From the NCBI GenBank assembly GCA_947501565.1, contig CANMWJ010000002.1, positions 348,016 through 412,015 on the forward strand: a stretch of 64,000 bases of DNA, read 5' to 3'. Made by a program: the position numbers and the translations under genes. The stretch comes from an uncultured Marinobacterium sp. (GTDB lineage Bacteria > Pseudomonadota > Gammaproteobacteria > Pseudomonadales > Balneatricaceae). Positions 40,170 through 50,065 of the stretch are shown piece after piece (position 1 is the stretch's first letter; the number at the start of each line of letters is the position of its first letter). The notes beneath the pieces were generated by a model. It ran no database searches. It was not told the DNA's origin and saw only the letters and a program-made list of their open reading frames with translations.

Positions 40170-41771
40170 TTACTCGATAATCGGTGTAACAAATTTCTGT
40201 ACGGTTACCAGCAGGTGCGCTTCACCCTGAACACTGCTGTCACCGTCCTGTACGGTGCCGACTACGGTCAGGTTGCCCACGTTGTTGGTCGACATCTTAC
40301 GTTCCGGGTTCAGACCCGCATCACCCGGCGTGAAGATACCGTCACGGTCGATGGTGCCTGCGTATTTGATGTCGTTGTCGTGCTTTGCAATCTCATCAAA
40401 CGGCTTGAGGGACCAGGCCGCTGGCATATACCCCAGACGCAGATCGTCATCAGTACCCGGCTTACCGTCAGCACCGGCGGTGTAACCCACGGCACGATAA
40501 GCAGATTTCTGTTTCGGAATCGGACCACCGGCACCACCGATACGGGCGATGGACTCAGATGGCGTGATCTCGACACGATCCAGTTTGTCGTATACCGCCA
40601 GTGCAGCGTTCGCACTAACGCGCCCCACTTTCACATCCTTAGCGCCAACACGGGCGTTAGAGGACGCTTCAACCAACAGCTGAATGCGGCTGCTGTCGCG
40701 AGACACAACACTGATCAGCTTGAGGCCACTGCCGAGCTTCACGTTACCCTTGAGGTTATTGCCGGATACGGTGATTACCTTGCGCTCACCCTGTTTGATG
40801 TAGGACGGCGTTACAGCAGCGATTGCGTTGCCTTTAACCGCCTTCACGCTGCCACCGATGATCTCGTCATCGCGTTCGAACATACGCCCTTCCAGCGCCA
40901 TGCCATCAGCAGAAGCCGCCAGCACCTGACGCACTTTTACGCCGTCGATGGTCAGGCTTGCACGCCACTCGTAGCCCGCATATACCACCGCTCGGCCTTC
41001 GCCCGTCAGCGGCGTACCGTCTGCGTAAGTACCTTCAACCGCCACAGCATAGTCATCGGCAGATTGTTTGGTTACACGCAGGGTCGCATCGAAGTTGCCT
41101 TTACCTGGCAGATAGCCGGTCATTGCCCAGCTGCCGTCCAGATCTTTCTTGGCGGCGCTCTTCCAGCTGTTCCAGGCATCGCTGTTGAATGGGTAGTCTT
41201 TCGCCAGCTTCGGCGCAACGTTAGTCAGTGCGATATCAAACCATGCGCGGTCACGGGCACCGGCGTGCAGTTCAGCCGTTGGGATCTGACCCATGTGGAA
41301 GTGAACCAGGTGTTTCCACTCGTCTTCGGTACGGCGCTGCAACGCGATACGGGCACCGGAGTGACAACGTACGCAGGTCTCCTGCAGCAACTGATCGAAT
41401 GACTCCACCACGTTTGGTTTTTTCTCCAGCAGATAACGCAGACCATCGGTTTCGGACGGTGCCAAACCTTGCGTATCGGACAGATATTTAACCAGCGTGC
41501 GTTTCTCGTCCGGTGAGATCACCAGGCCGCGCTGCTGTTGCATGCGGCTGATCGTCATCATCCAGCCTTCTGGGGTTTTGCGCTGCTCACTGATGCGCGA
41601 AAACGGCGTCGCCGATTCACCGGTCTCCGTATGACACGCCAAACAGCGATCGCGAATGATGCGTTCCGCATCCGCATCCGCAGCCTGAGCAGGTGCTGCC
41701 GCCAAACCCATCAGGGCCAGTGCACCGGTTCCCAGAAGTGCGCGCGTTGTCTTGTTATTATTCAAGGCCAT
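40170..41771 (-). CDS. qhpA: QHNDH alpha subunit (dihaem), paralog 2
   Basis: CLACH and CVRCH motifs. Signal peptide MALNNNKTTRALLGTGALALMGLAAAPAQA. AAGGAG SD. Confidence 0.85.
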   Translation of the reverse strand: MALNNNKTTRALLGTGALALMGLAAAPAQAADADAERIIRDRCLACHTETGESATPFSRISEQRKTPEGWMMTISRMQQQRGLVISPDEKRTLVKYLSDTQGLAPSETDGLRYLLEKKPNVVESFDQLLQETCVRCHSGARIALQRRTEDEWKHLVHFHMGQIPTAELHAGARDRAWFDIALTNVAPKLAKDYPFNSDAWNSWKSAAKKDLDGSWAMTGYLPGKGNFDATLRVTKQSADDYAVAVEGTYADGTPLTGEGRAVVYAGYEWRASLTIDGVKVRQVLAASADGMALEGRMFERDDEIIGGSVKAVKGNAIAAVTPSYIKQGERKVITVSGNNLKGNVKLGSGLKLISVVSRDSSRIQLLVEASSNARVGAKDVKVGRVSANAALAVYDKLDRVEITPSESIARIGGAGGPIPKQKSAYRAVGYTAGADGKPGTDDDLRLGYMPAAWSLKPFDEIAKHDNDIKYAGTIDRDGIFTPGDAGLNPERKMSTNNVGNLTVVGTVQDGDSSVQGEAHLLVTVQKFVTPIIE

Positions 41772-41960
41772 CACTCCTTAAGTTTTATTTTTCTGACGAC
41801 TTGTCTCTTCAGACTTCTGCAGGTCTGGTCGATCAAAAACCGTCGATCCGCATCCCTGTAATCCGGTATCAACCCGTCCAGCCGGGCCCGATACATTCAT
41901 AAGGGTGCGTTATCTAAGTTACGCGGGTGGTGTAAATAAAATGCCGCGCTTTTGTTAGAA

Positions 41961-41990
41961 GATGTAGGTAGATGTATCGAGATGTATCGA
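41961..41990. promoter_or_regulatory. Three tandem 10-bp direct repeats GATGTAGGTA GATGTATCGA GATGTATCGA in the qhpA2 / response-regulator divergent intergenic region
   Basis: Exact 10-bp phasing, as used by OmpR/TorR-family winged-helix regulators. Similar arrays occur at 11881..11943 and 56626..56665. Confidence 0.45.
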
Positions 41991-42139
41991 GCGATCAAAT
42001 TTGTAAAATAACCCTTTGTTTTGTTTGATAATCCCGGTGTCTGAGAGTAAATATAAAGGGGTTCAGAAGGCATCTTAGAGTGATTTTCAGAGATGCGCCT
42101 CCGAATTAGTAACATTTATTCAACAACGGATCGGTCACT

Positions 42140-42871
42140 ATGGCTTCAGACACTTCAGCCCCAGCACACATTCTGATTGTGGAAGATGATTTCGCCTCGC
42201 GCTCGCTTTTGGTGAGTTACTTCGAGAAAGAGGGCTATAGAATTACCGAGACGGAACAAGCCGACGACCTGGTAATTCTGGTGGAAGAGCAGAAAGTCGA
42301 CCTGGTCCTGCTGGATATCAATCTACCGGGAAAGGATGGGCTCACCCTCACCCGGGAACTGCGTGCTACCTCCCGCGTAGGTATCATTCTGGTCACCAGT
42401 AAAGGTGATGAGATCGACCGTATCGTTGGCCTTGAGCTGGGCGCCGACGATTACGTGACCAAACCGTTCAATCCGCGTGAACTGCTGGTGCGTGCTAAGA
42501 ATCTGCTCTGGCGCGTGCGCAGTCAGGATAAAGATCCTCGCGAAAACGCCCGTCAGATCGCAATCTGGAACTTCGAGGGCTGGTCTTTGGATGGCAGCAA
42601 ACGACTGCTCACCTCTCCCGATCAGACTAGCGAACGTCTGCCCGAGGGGGAGTTCAAGCTGCTACACGCGTTGATCAGCCACCCCGGACAGGTGCTCTCC
42701 CGCGACCAGCTGATGGACGCAATCCATGACCGTGAATGGACCCCCAACGACCGTTCGGTGGATGTACTCGTCGGTCGCCTGCGCCGCAAACTACGCGACA
42801 ACCCGGCCGATCCCCATTTTATTCTCACCGCCCACGGTGCAGGCTACATGTTTGCCGGCGAGCTGGAGTAA
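42140..42871 (+). CDS. OmpR/PhoB-family response regulator (TorR/ArcA-like)
   Basis: REC domain (ILIVEDD...DLVLLDINLPGKDG) plus a winged-helix Trans_reg_C domain (LRRKLRDNPADPHFILTAHGAGYMF). Confidence 0.85.
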   Translation: MASDTSAPAHILIVEDDFASRSLLVSYFEKEGYRITETEQADDLVILVEEQKVDLVLLDINLPGKDGLTLTRELRATSRVGIILVTSKGDEIDRIVGLELGADDYVTKPFNPRELLVRAKNLLWRVRSQDKDPRENARQIAIWNFEGWSLDGSKRLLTSPDQTSERLPEGEFKLLHALISHPGQVLSRDQLMDAIHDREWTPNDRSVDVLVGRLRRKLRDNPADPHFILTAHGAGYMFAGELE

Positions 42872-42877
42872 CACCTG

Positions 42878-45800
42878 ATGATCAATCTGCCCGGCTACCG
42901 GATCCTTAAAAATATCTACCGTGGCCGACGCAGCAGCATCAGCCGTGCCGTGCGTTTGCGCGACAACCTGCCCGTCATCATCAAAACACTGACCACCAAC
43001 CAGCCGAATGCCGATGAGGTCGGCCAGCTTCACCACGAATTTGAGCTGTTAAGCACCCTTGATATTGAGGGTGTTATCAAACCGGTTGCGCAGGAGAAAA
43101 CTGAACCCCAGGTTGCCACCATTTTTCACGACCACGACGGCGTATCGCTGCGTGATCTGATCGAACTGAAGCAGTTCTGCTGGCACGAATGGCTACCCAC
43201 TGCCGTGAGATTGGCGGAGCTGATCGGGCGTGTGCATGACGCCCAGATCATCCATAAGCAGGTGACACCGGATAACATTCTCGTTAACCCGCACACCGGC
43301 GAGTTGCAGATGATCGACTTCACCCAGGCGACCCATCTGCAGAGGGAACAGGCAAGCTGGCACTACAGCCAGATCGACAGCGAAACACTGCCCTATATCG
43401 CGCCGGAGCAGACGGGACGTATCAACCGCGCAATCGACTACCGCACCGATTTCTATGGCCTGGGTGCCACCCTCTATGAGTTGATGACCGGCCGCCCCCC
43501 CTTTCAGGAGGAGGACCGTCTGGCGCTGGTACACAGCCATATCGCCAAACAACCGGTACCGCCCCATGAGATCAACAGCGCGCTGCCGCCGGTAGTTTCC
43601 CAGATCATCATTAAATTGCTGGCAAAGGATGCGTCGGAGCGTTACCAGTCGATCTTTGGGCTGACGCAGGACCTGCGCACCTGTCAGGAGGAGTGGCAAC
43701 GTAACCAGCGCATTGCCAGTTTCAGCATCGCCTCCGATGACCGCTCCGAACGGTTTGTAATCCCTCAGCGTTTGTATGGCCGTGCAACCCTGATAAAACG
43801 GCTGCTAAGCAGCTATGACCGCACCGCGCTGGGTCAGAAAGAGATCATCCTAATCTCCGGCTATGCCGGGATAGGCAAATCCAGCCTGGTGCACGAGATC
43901 CGCCAGTACATCAATGCCCGCGGCGGCAGCTTTATCAGCGGTAAATTTGACCAGTTCCGTCGCAACCGTCCCTACGCTGCAATCCTGTTTGCGTTACAGG
44001 GCCAGATTCGTCAGCTGCTTACCGAATCGGAATCCAGCATTCATACCTGGCGAATACGCCTGCTTGAAGCGCTGGGTGATAACGCGCAGGTATTTATCCG
44101 CCTGATCCCGGAATTGGAACTGATCATCGGTAAACAACCCGATGCGCCCAAGCTATCGCTGGCCGAGGAGCAGAACCGTTTCTCGCACCTCTTTATTCGC
44201 TTGTTGCGAACCCTGGCCACAGAAGAACGCCCGCTGGTGTTGTTCCTTGATGATCTTCACTGGGCCGATCTGGCGTCGATCAGCCTGATCAACACGTTGG
44301 CACGCAACGATCAGCTGGGCCACCTGATGCTGGTTGGCAGTTACCGTGATCAGGAGGTCAGCGCTACTCACCCTCTGAGTACCACCTTTGCCAAGTTACG
44401 TGATGGCAGGGTTAACCTGCGCGAACACCGGCTTGAGCCCCTTACCCTATCGCAGGTAAATCAGCTGATCGCCGATACCCTGCATGTAACGCCGGATCGC
44501 TGCGCCTCACTGGCGCATATCAGCATGGAGAAAACCCAGGGTAACCCGTTTTTCCTCAACCAGTTTCTGGCGGCACTCTACGAGGATGGGCTGATCTACT
44601 TCGCACAGGGTCACTGGTGCTGGGATGAGGACCGGATTCGCGATCAGGAGATGACCGATAACGTGGTCGACCTGATGGTGGGCAAGATCCAGAAGTTATC
44701 GCCAAACACCCAGAAAATCTTGCAGATGGCCGCCTGTATCGGTAGCCCTTTTACGCTGCGTATTCTATCGATCGTGCATGAACGCACACCTCAGGATACT
44801 GCCGCAGACCTCTGGCAAGCGATGGCGGAGCGACTGATACTCCCGCTGGACAACAGTTATCGCCTGCACCCGCAGGGAGATGCGGCGGCGTCACGCTACC
44901 GCTTTGTACATGACCGTGTGCAGCAGGCTGCTTATAGCCTGATCAGTGACGATGAGCGTTTGCCACTGCACCTGAAGATCGGTCGACTGGCGCTGGATCA
45001 GTTTGCCCCTGAGGAGTTTGAGAACCGTATTTTCGAGGTTACCAACCACCTCAATATCGCCGCAGATCTGATTACCGAACCCGATCATCGGCTGCAGCTT
45101 GCAGAGTTAAACCTCAAAGCAGGCGTGGTTGCACGGGATGCCGCTGCATTTGAAGCAGCTTACGAGTACTTCAATACCGGGCTGGAGATGTTGCCCGCCG
45201 ACTGTTGGCAAACGCACTACGAACTCAGCCTGGCGCTTCACACCAATGCGACGGAAACAGCGTATATTCGCTCCGACTTCAGTCAGCTGGAGACACTGGT
45301 CGGCATCGTACTGGAGCACGCCCAGAGTCTGCTGGAGAAGGTACGGCTGTATGAGATCCTGATCCAGGCACATGTGTCGCGCAATGAGTTCGAAACTGCG
45401 CTGGATACGGCGTTGCAGGTGCTGGATCTGCTCGACATCAAAATCCCGAAACATCCAGGGGCGATATATACCTGGCTGACACAAAGTAAGACTCATCTGC
45501 AGTTGAAACGTCTGCCAGCCAACCGCGTGATGCAGATGCCCGCGATGGATAACCCCAACATACTGGCCGCCCTGCCGATTATGGCAAGTATGTTTGGCGC
45601 CATTAAGTTCTCAAGCTCCGAACTACGTCCGCTGATCATGGCGAAGCAGGTAGACCTGACCCTGCGTTACGGGTTGAGCCCCTCCTCCGCACAGGCGTTT
45701 GCGGGTTACGGTGGTGTCCTCTGCGGCAAGTTTAACGATCTGGATCAGGGCTACGCCCTTGGTCAGGCGGCGCTGGCGATCGATGACCGACTGCCATCGC

Positions 45801-48800
45801 GGCTTACCCACCACAAAACGCTGTCACTCCATAACGCCTATATCCGTCACTGGAAAGAGCCGCTGTCAGCGTGTCTCGATTCCCTGAAAGAGGGGTACCA
45901 CCTGGCGCTGGATTGCGGTGATATCGAATGGGGTACCTACTGCATCGCGGCCTACATCCAGTACCGCTTTACCCTGATGGAGGATCTGGATAAGAGCCAA
46001 TCTGAGCTTGAGCCGTACATGCTCAAAATGCAGGAGAGTGGCCAGAAGCAATCTGAAGAATATTCTCGCTTAGCTCTGCAAGCTATTGATTGTATTCAAG
46101 GTAATAGTGATTCTCCTGTCGAGATGAACGGCCGGTTCTACAATGAGGAATCAGCGCTTGCAGACTATCAGGAGAACAATCACCGTACAGCGGTCTGTGT
46201 CCATCATTTCTACAAGGCATTCCTGCACTACATCATGGGTGAAACCACACAGGCAGCCCAACACGGTCGTATTGCTGAAGAGTATATCTCCTCGATCTAC
46301 GGTACCTACACACAACCGTGGCTACTGTTTGTTTCTGCAATGGCTCACCTTTCAGAGGTGCCAGACGCCAGCATCCTGCATCAACAGACGCTACTGAGCC
46401 ATGCACGCCACATACTCAAGCGAACCCGTTATTGGGCGCGCCACAGTCCCGTCAACCATCATCACCATGCGTGTATGCTGGAGGCTGAGATAGCACGTGT
46501 GACCAAGCGCTATACCAAAGCGATGGACCTTTATGAGATTGCGATCAGCGCCTGTCAAAACAGCGAAAACAACTTTGATGTTGCGATCACCTACGAGCAG
46601 GCCGCAAAGCTGTATCTGGAATGGGACAAGAAACAGATCGCCCGCAACTATCTGAAGGAATCCGTCTCTGTCTATCGCAGGATCGGCGCAACGGCGAAAG
46701 TCGATCAGATGTATCGTGTTTATGCCGATCTGCTGGAGCAAACAGACAGCAGTGCCACGACCACTCAGCCCTACCGTAACGGTGTTAGTAGCCCTAGCAG
46801 TCCGAATAATCAGGAGATCGACATCACATCGGTGATCAAGGCATCCCATGTGATCGCGGATGAGATCGTACTGGACCGCCTGTTGAGTCGGCTGATGAAG
46901 CTGGCGCAGGAGAACGCTGGGGCGCAGCGCTCCATTCTGGCCCTGAAGCGTGACCTGGAACTCTGCATCGAGGCGGAAGCCAGTCTGGATAGCGATACCC
47001 GTTTCTTCGCGGGCACGCCGCTCGATCAGGGTTTCGACATTCTGCCCGTCAATATTGTGCATTACGTCGCACGCACCAAGGAGACGGTGGTGCTGGGGAA
47101 CGCGCTGGAACATGAGATGTTCATGCACGACCGCTACATCCGGGAACATAACCCACGCTCTCTGCTCTGCATGCCGATTCTTTACCACGGTGAACTGACG
47201 GCAGTGCTCTATCTGGAGAACAACGAAAGTTCGGACGTGTTTAACCGGGAGCGTCTGGAAACCCTACAGATTTTGTCGGCACAAGCGGCGATCTCGATTG
47301 AAAACGCCAAGTTATATTCCAGCCTCCAGCAGTCTGAACAGGAGTTTCGATCGCTGTTTGAGAACGCGGTAGAGGGGATCTTCCGCGCAACACCCGATGG
47401 CACCTTTGTGTCTGCCAACCCCGCGCTTGCGCAGATTCTCGGTTACGCCTCGCCGGATAAGTTTCTTAAAGCGATTACCGATATCGCCAGCCAGTGCTTT
47501 GAAGACCCGGCATCCCTTGAGCATTTCATGTCGTTCCTGAATACCGATAACGAAGTGATCAACTTTGAAACCCGGTGGCTGGATGCCAACAAGCAGCCGC
47601 TGGATGTATCGATCTCCGCCCATCGGGTGCTGAACGATCAGGGAACGGTGCTTTACTACGAGGGCTCGTTGACCGATATCAGTGAGCGTAAGAGCCGAGA
47701 GGTTGCCGAGCAGGAACGTCTTGCCGCTATCGTGGCACAGGAGAAAGCTGAAGCAGCAAGTGATGCTAAGTCGCAGTTCCTGGCTACCATGAGCCACGAG
47801 ATCCGGACGCCGATGAACGGCATTCTCGGTATGGCGCAGCTGCTGGAGCGGGGTCACCTTTCGGAAGAACAGCGCAATCAGGTACGGGCGATCTACCGCT
47901 CGGGGCAGTCGTTGCTGTCGATTCTCAACGATGTATTGGATTTCACCAAAGTAGAGGCCGGCCAGGTAACCCTGGAAGCCCACCCATTTACGCTGAAAGC
48001 ACTGGTCGATGAGAACGAAGCGATATTAAAGCCTCTGGCAGAAGATAAGGGGCTGGACCTGATCGTACGCTACGATACGGCGTTGCCGGATATGATCGTT
48101 GGTGACCGTCGCCTGCTTAACCAGATTCTGATGAACCTGTGTGGCAACGCCCTGAAGTTTACTGATCAGGGTTTTGTCGCTCTGCGCGCACGTCTGGTCA
48201 GCCGAAGCAGCGATTCAGCTCTGATTCGCTTTGAGGTCGAGGACAGCGGTATCGGGATTGCGACCGACGCTCAGGAGCGCATCTTTGAACACTTCAGTCA
48301 GGCCGACAGCTCTATCACCCGCCGTTTCGGCGGAACCGGGCTGGGGTTATCGATCTGTAAACGACTGGTCGAGCAGCAGCAGGGCCAGATCGGTTGTGAC
48401 AGCACCGCAGACAAAGGCAGCTTGTTCTGGTTTGAGATCCCCTTCCCGGTTGCCAGTGATACCGTTGCATATTCTTCCCAGACGGCAGATGCCGCACCTA
48501 TGACGCCAAAGCAGATCCTGCTGGTCGAGGATACGGAGATTAACCAGCAAGTGACCGCCGGGTTGCTGGAAGCGGACGGCCATCAGGTAACCATAGCCGA
48601 CGACGGTTATACCGCCCTCTCCCTGCACAGCGATAACCACTATGACCTGATTTTGATGGATATCCATCTACCGGATATGGACGGTATGGAAACCACCCGC
48701 CGTATGCGCAGCCATCCCAATGCTGACAAAGCGGCAGCGAAGATCGTCGCGTTTACCGCGTCAATCACTGAGGAGGAGATCCATAACTATTTTGAAGCGG

Positions 48801-49300
48801 GTGTCGACGATGTGCTGGCGAAACCTTTGCAATATGAAGAGTTGCGTCGAATGCTGAAAGAAGATGACCACTACGAGTCTCTGCCTCAGCAGACGGTGTC
48901 GCCCGTCGATTGCGCTATCACGCAAAGTGAAAAATATTCATCCCCTTCAGATAACGATCTTCTCAATCTCAATTTGCTTAATCAACATCAAACGATGCTA
49001 GGTCAGGAACGCTTTAACACGCTTATCGACCAGTACAAAACACAGGCAAACGACCTCTTCAGTCAGCTGGAGGACGCCGGACGGCGAGGCGACCGCGGAA
49101 AGGTGCGCCAGGTTGCGCATAAACTTGCCGGCGCCAGTTCTAATTTTGGTTTGGAAAAGCTCAGCGCGATCAGCAAGTTAATAGAAGATGGGTGCGAGTT
49201 CCCCGGCGATCACGATTTTATTTCACAGATAGAGAGCGCCCACGAAACCTATAATGAGAGCATTACTGAGCTGACATGCTTCGTAAATGACGCAACGTGA
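42878..49300 (+). CDS. 2140-aa multidomain sensor: Ser/Thr protein kinase - AAA/STAND ATPase - TPR-like region - GAF - PAS - HisKA/HATPase - REC - HPt (hybrid histidine kinase)
   Basis: Kinase subdomains ([26 protein letters not shown]). P-loop [14 protein letters not shown]-box [10 protein letters not shown], with N (NLCGNALKF) and G boxes ([15 protein letters not shown]). REC domain ([10 protein letters not shown]...[14 protein letters not shown]). C-terminal HPt ([11 protein letters not shown]). Confidence 0.85.
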   Translation: MINLPGYRILKNIYRGRRSSISRAVRLRDNLPVIIKTLTTNQPNADEVGQLHHEFELLSTLDIEGVIKPVAQEKTEPQVATIFHDHDGVSLRDLIELKQFCWHEWLPTAVRLAELIGRVHDAQIIHKQVTPDNILVNPHTGELQMIDFTQATHLQREQASWHYSQIDSETLPYIAPEQTGRINRAIDYRTDFYGLGATLYELMTGRPPFQEEDRLALVHSHIAKQPVPPHEINSALPPVVSQIIIKLLAKDASERYQSIFGLTQDLRTCQEEWQRNQRIASFSIASDDRSERFVIPQRLYGRATLIKRLLSSYDRTALGQKEIILISGYAGIGKSSLVHEIRQYINARGGSFISGKFDQFRRNRPYAAILFALQGQIRQLLTESESSIHTWRIRLLEALGDNAQVFIRLIPELELIIGKQPDAPKLSLAEEQNRFSHLFIRLLRTLATEERPLVLFLDDLHWADLASISLINTLARNDQLGHLMLVGSYRDQEVSATHPLSTTFAKLRDGRVNLREHRLEPLTLSQVNQLIADTLHVTPDRCASLAHISMEKTQGNPFFLNQFLAALYEDGLIYFAQGHWCWDEDRIRDQEMTDNVVDLMVGKIQKLSPNTQKILQMAACIGSPFTLRILSIVHERTPQDTAADLWQAMAERLILPLDNSYRLHPQGDAAASRYRFVHDRVQQAAYSLISDDERLPLHLKIGRLALDQFAPEEFENRIFEVTNHLNIAADLITEPDHRLQLAELNLKAGVVARDAAAFEAAYEYFNTGLEMLPADCWQTHYELSLALHTNATETAYIRSDFSQLETLVGIVLEHAQSLLEKVRLYEILIQAHVSRNEFETALDTALQVLDLLDIKIPKHPGAIYTWLTQSKTHLQLKRLPANRVMQMPAMDNPNILAALPIMASMFGAIKFSSSELRPLIMAKQVDLTLRYGLSPSSAQAFAGYGGVLCGKFNDLDQGYALGQAALAIDDRLPSRLTHHKTLSLHNAYIRHWKEPLSACLDSLKEGYHLALDCGDIEWGTYCIAAYIQYRFTLMEDLDKSQSELEPYMLKMQESGQKQSEEYSRLALQAIDCIQGNSDSPVEMNGRFYNEESALADYQENNHRTAVCVHHFYKAFLHYIMGETTQAAQHGRIAEEYISSIYGTYTQPWLLFVSAMAHLSEVPDASILHQQTLLSHARHILKRTRYWARHSPVNHHHHACMLEAEIARVTKRYTKAMDLYEIAISACQNSENNFDVAITYEQAAKLYLEWDKKQIARNYLKESVSVYRRIGATAKVDQMYRVYADLLEQTDSSATTTQPYRNGVSSPSSPNNQEIDITSVIKASHVIADEIVLDRLLSRLMKLAQENAGAQRSILALKRDLELCIEAEASLDSDTRFFAGTPLDQGFDILPVNIVHYVARTKETVVLGNALEHEMFMHDRYIREHNPRSLLCMPILYHGELTAVLYLENNESSDVFNRERLETLQILSAQAAISIENAKLYSSLQQSEQEFRSLFENAVEGIFRATPDGTFVSANPALAQILGYASPDKFLKAITDIASQCFEDPASLEHFMSFLNTDNEVINFETRWLDANKQPLDVSISAHRVLNDQGTVLYYEGSLTDISERKSREVAEQERLAAIVAQEKAEAASDAKSQFLATMSHEIRTPMNGILGMAQLLERGHLSEEQRNQVRAIYRSGQSLLSILNDVLDFTKVEAGQVTLEAHPFTLKALVDENEAILKPLAEDKGLDLIVRYDTALPDMIVGDRRLLNQILMNLCGNALKFTDQGFVALRARLVSRSSDSALIRFEVEDSGIGIATDAQERIFEHFSQADSSITRRFGGTGLGLSICKRLVEQQQGQIGCDSTADKGSLFWFEIPFPVASDTVAYSSQTADAAPMTPKQILLVEDTEINQQVTAGLLEADGHQVTIADDGYTALSLHSDNHYDLILMDIHLPDMDGMETTRRMRSHPNADKAAAKIVAFTASITEEEIHNYFEAGVDDVLAKPLQYEELRRMLKEDDHYESLPQQTVSPVDCAITQSEKYSSPSDNDLLNLNLLNQHQTMLGQERFNTLIDQYKTQANDLFSQLEDAGRRGDRGKVRQVAHKLAGASSNFGLEKLSAISKLIEDGCEFPGDHDFISQIESAHETYNESITELTCFVNDAT

Positions 49301-49432
49301 ATAACCTTACAGTTTGTAACGTTTAGGAACATTGATCGCTTTCTTTATGACACTTTTGAATAAGATTTATACAGCTGTGGTGGTATAGTGTTAAACGCAG
49401 GTATCAAACACCTGTTTAGGATATGAAACAGC

Positions 49433-49540
49433 CAGATCCTCTCTCGACAAGGCAAACCCCGAGCGATCGGGGGACGCAAAGTCACGGGTCCCTAGGGAAT
49501 TAAGCAGTAAGGGATAGCCGGACCACCGAAGGAGAGCCTC
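49433..49540 (+). promoter_or_regulatory. c-di-GMP-I (GEMM) riboswitch candidate
   Basis: CCTCTCTCGACAA-GGCAAACC-CCGA(GCGA)TCGGG-GGACGCAAAG-TCACGGGTCCC...GCCGGACCACCGA-AGGAGAG. Conserved GGCAAACC, GNRA-capped P1b, ACGCAAAG junction and ACGGGYCC, with P1 closure by CTCTC/GAGAG. Lies 55 nt upstream of ORF 49596. Confidence 0.65.
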
Positions 49541-49595
49541 TTTTACGGACAATTCATTTACGAGGATCTGTAACTCATGCATTGCAGAGGTCGTC

Positions 49596-49901
49596 ATGAA
49601 ATGTTCGTCACTGTTTGCAGGCTGCGCCTTAGTGTTGCTGGCGCTTGTTGCAAACGATTCTTCAGCCGAAGCGCAACAATCATCCCTTAACGCGCTGGGA
49701 GCCAGTGCCTCTCTCCCCGTGAGCAGCTCTCCACTAGCTCAGCAGTACGCAGCCGTCTCTATCATCCAGGCGACTTCCGCCGTAGCCAGCTCAGAACTTC
49801 GTCCTAGCGAAGAGCAACGCGAAAAAGAGGAGCGCCAGCGTAGACGGCAGGAGATTCGTAAACTGTACCTCAAGCTCTTTATGGTCATGGGCGCGCAATA
49901 A
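49596..49901 (+). CDS. Small secreted/low-complexity protein downstream of the riboswitch
   Basis: Signal peptide MKCSSLFAGCALVLLALVANDSSA, an Ala/Ser-rich region and a basic C-terminus. AGAGG SD. Confidence 0.4.
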   Translation: MKCSSLFAGCALVLLALVANDSSAEAQQSSLNALGASASLPVSSSPLAQQYAAVSIIQATSAVASSELRPSEEQREKEERQRRRQEIRKLYLKLFMVMGAQ

Positions 49902-50065
49902 TCGTTTTCCGGGGCGCTTATCGGTTGTGATTCAGGTGCAGCGTATTTTGCGTGAATTCTTATCAAGCGCAGGCGTTCGCTATGGATACAGGTGTTAACT
50001 ACAATTAACAACAGTGTCTATATATTGCTCAACCGTTGATACGCACCAAACAAAGGCGCTCCCCT

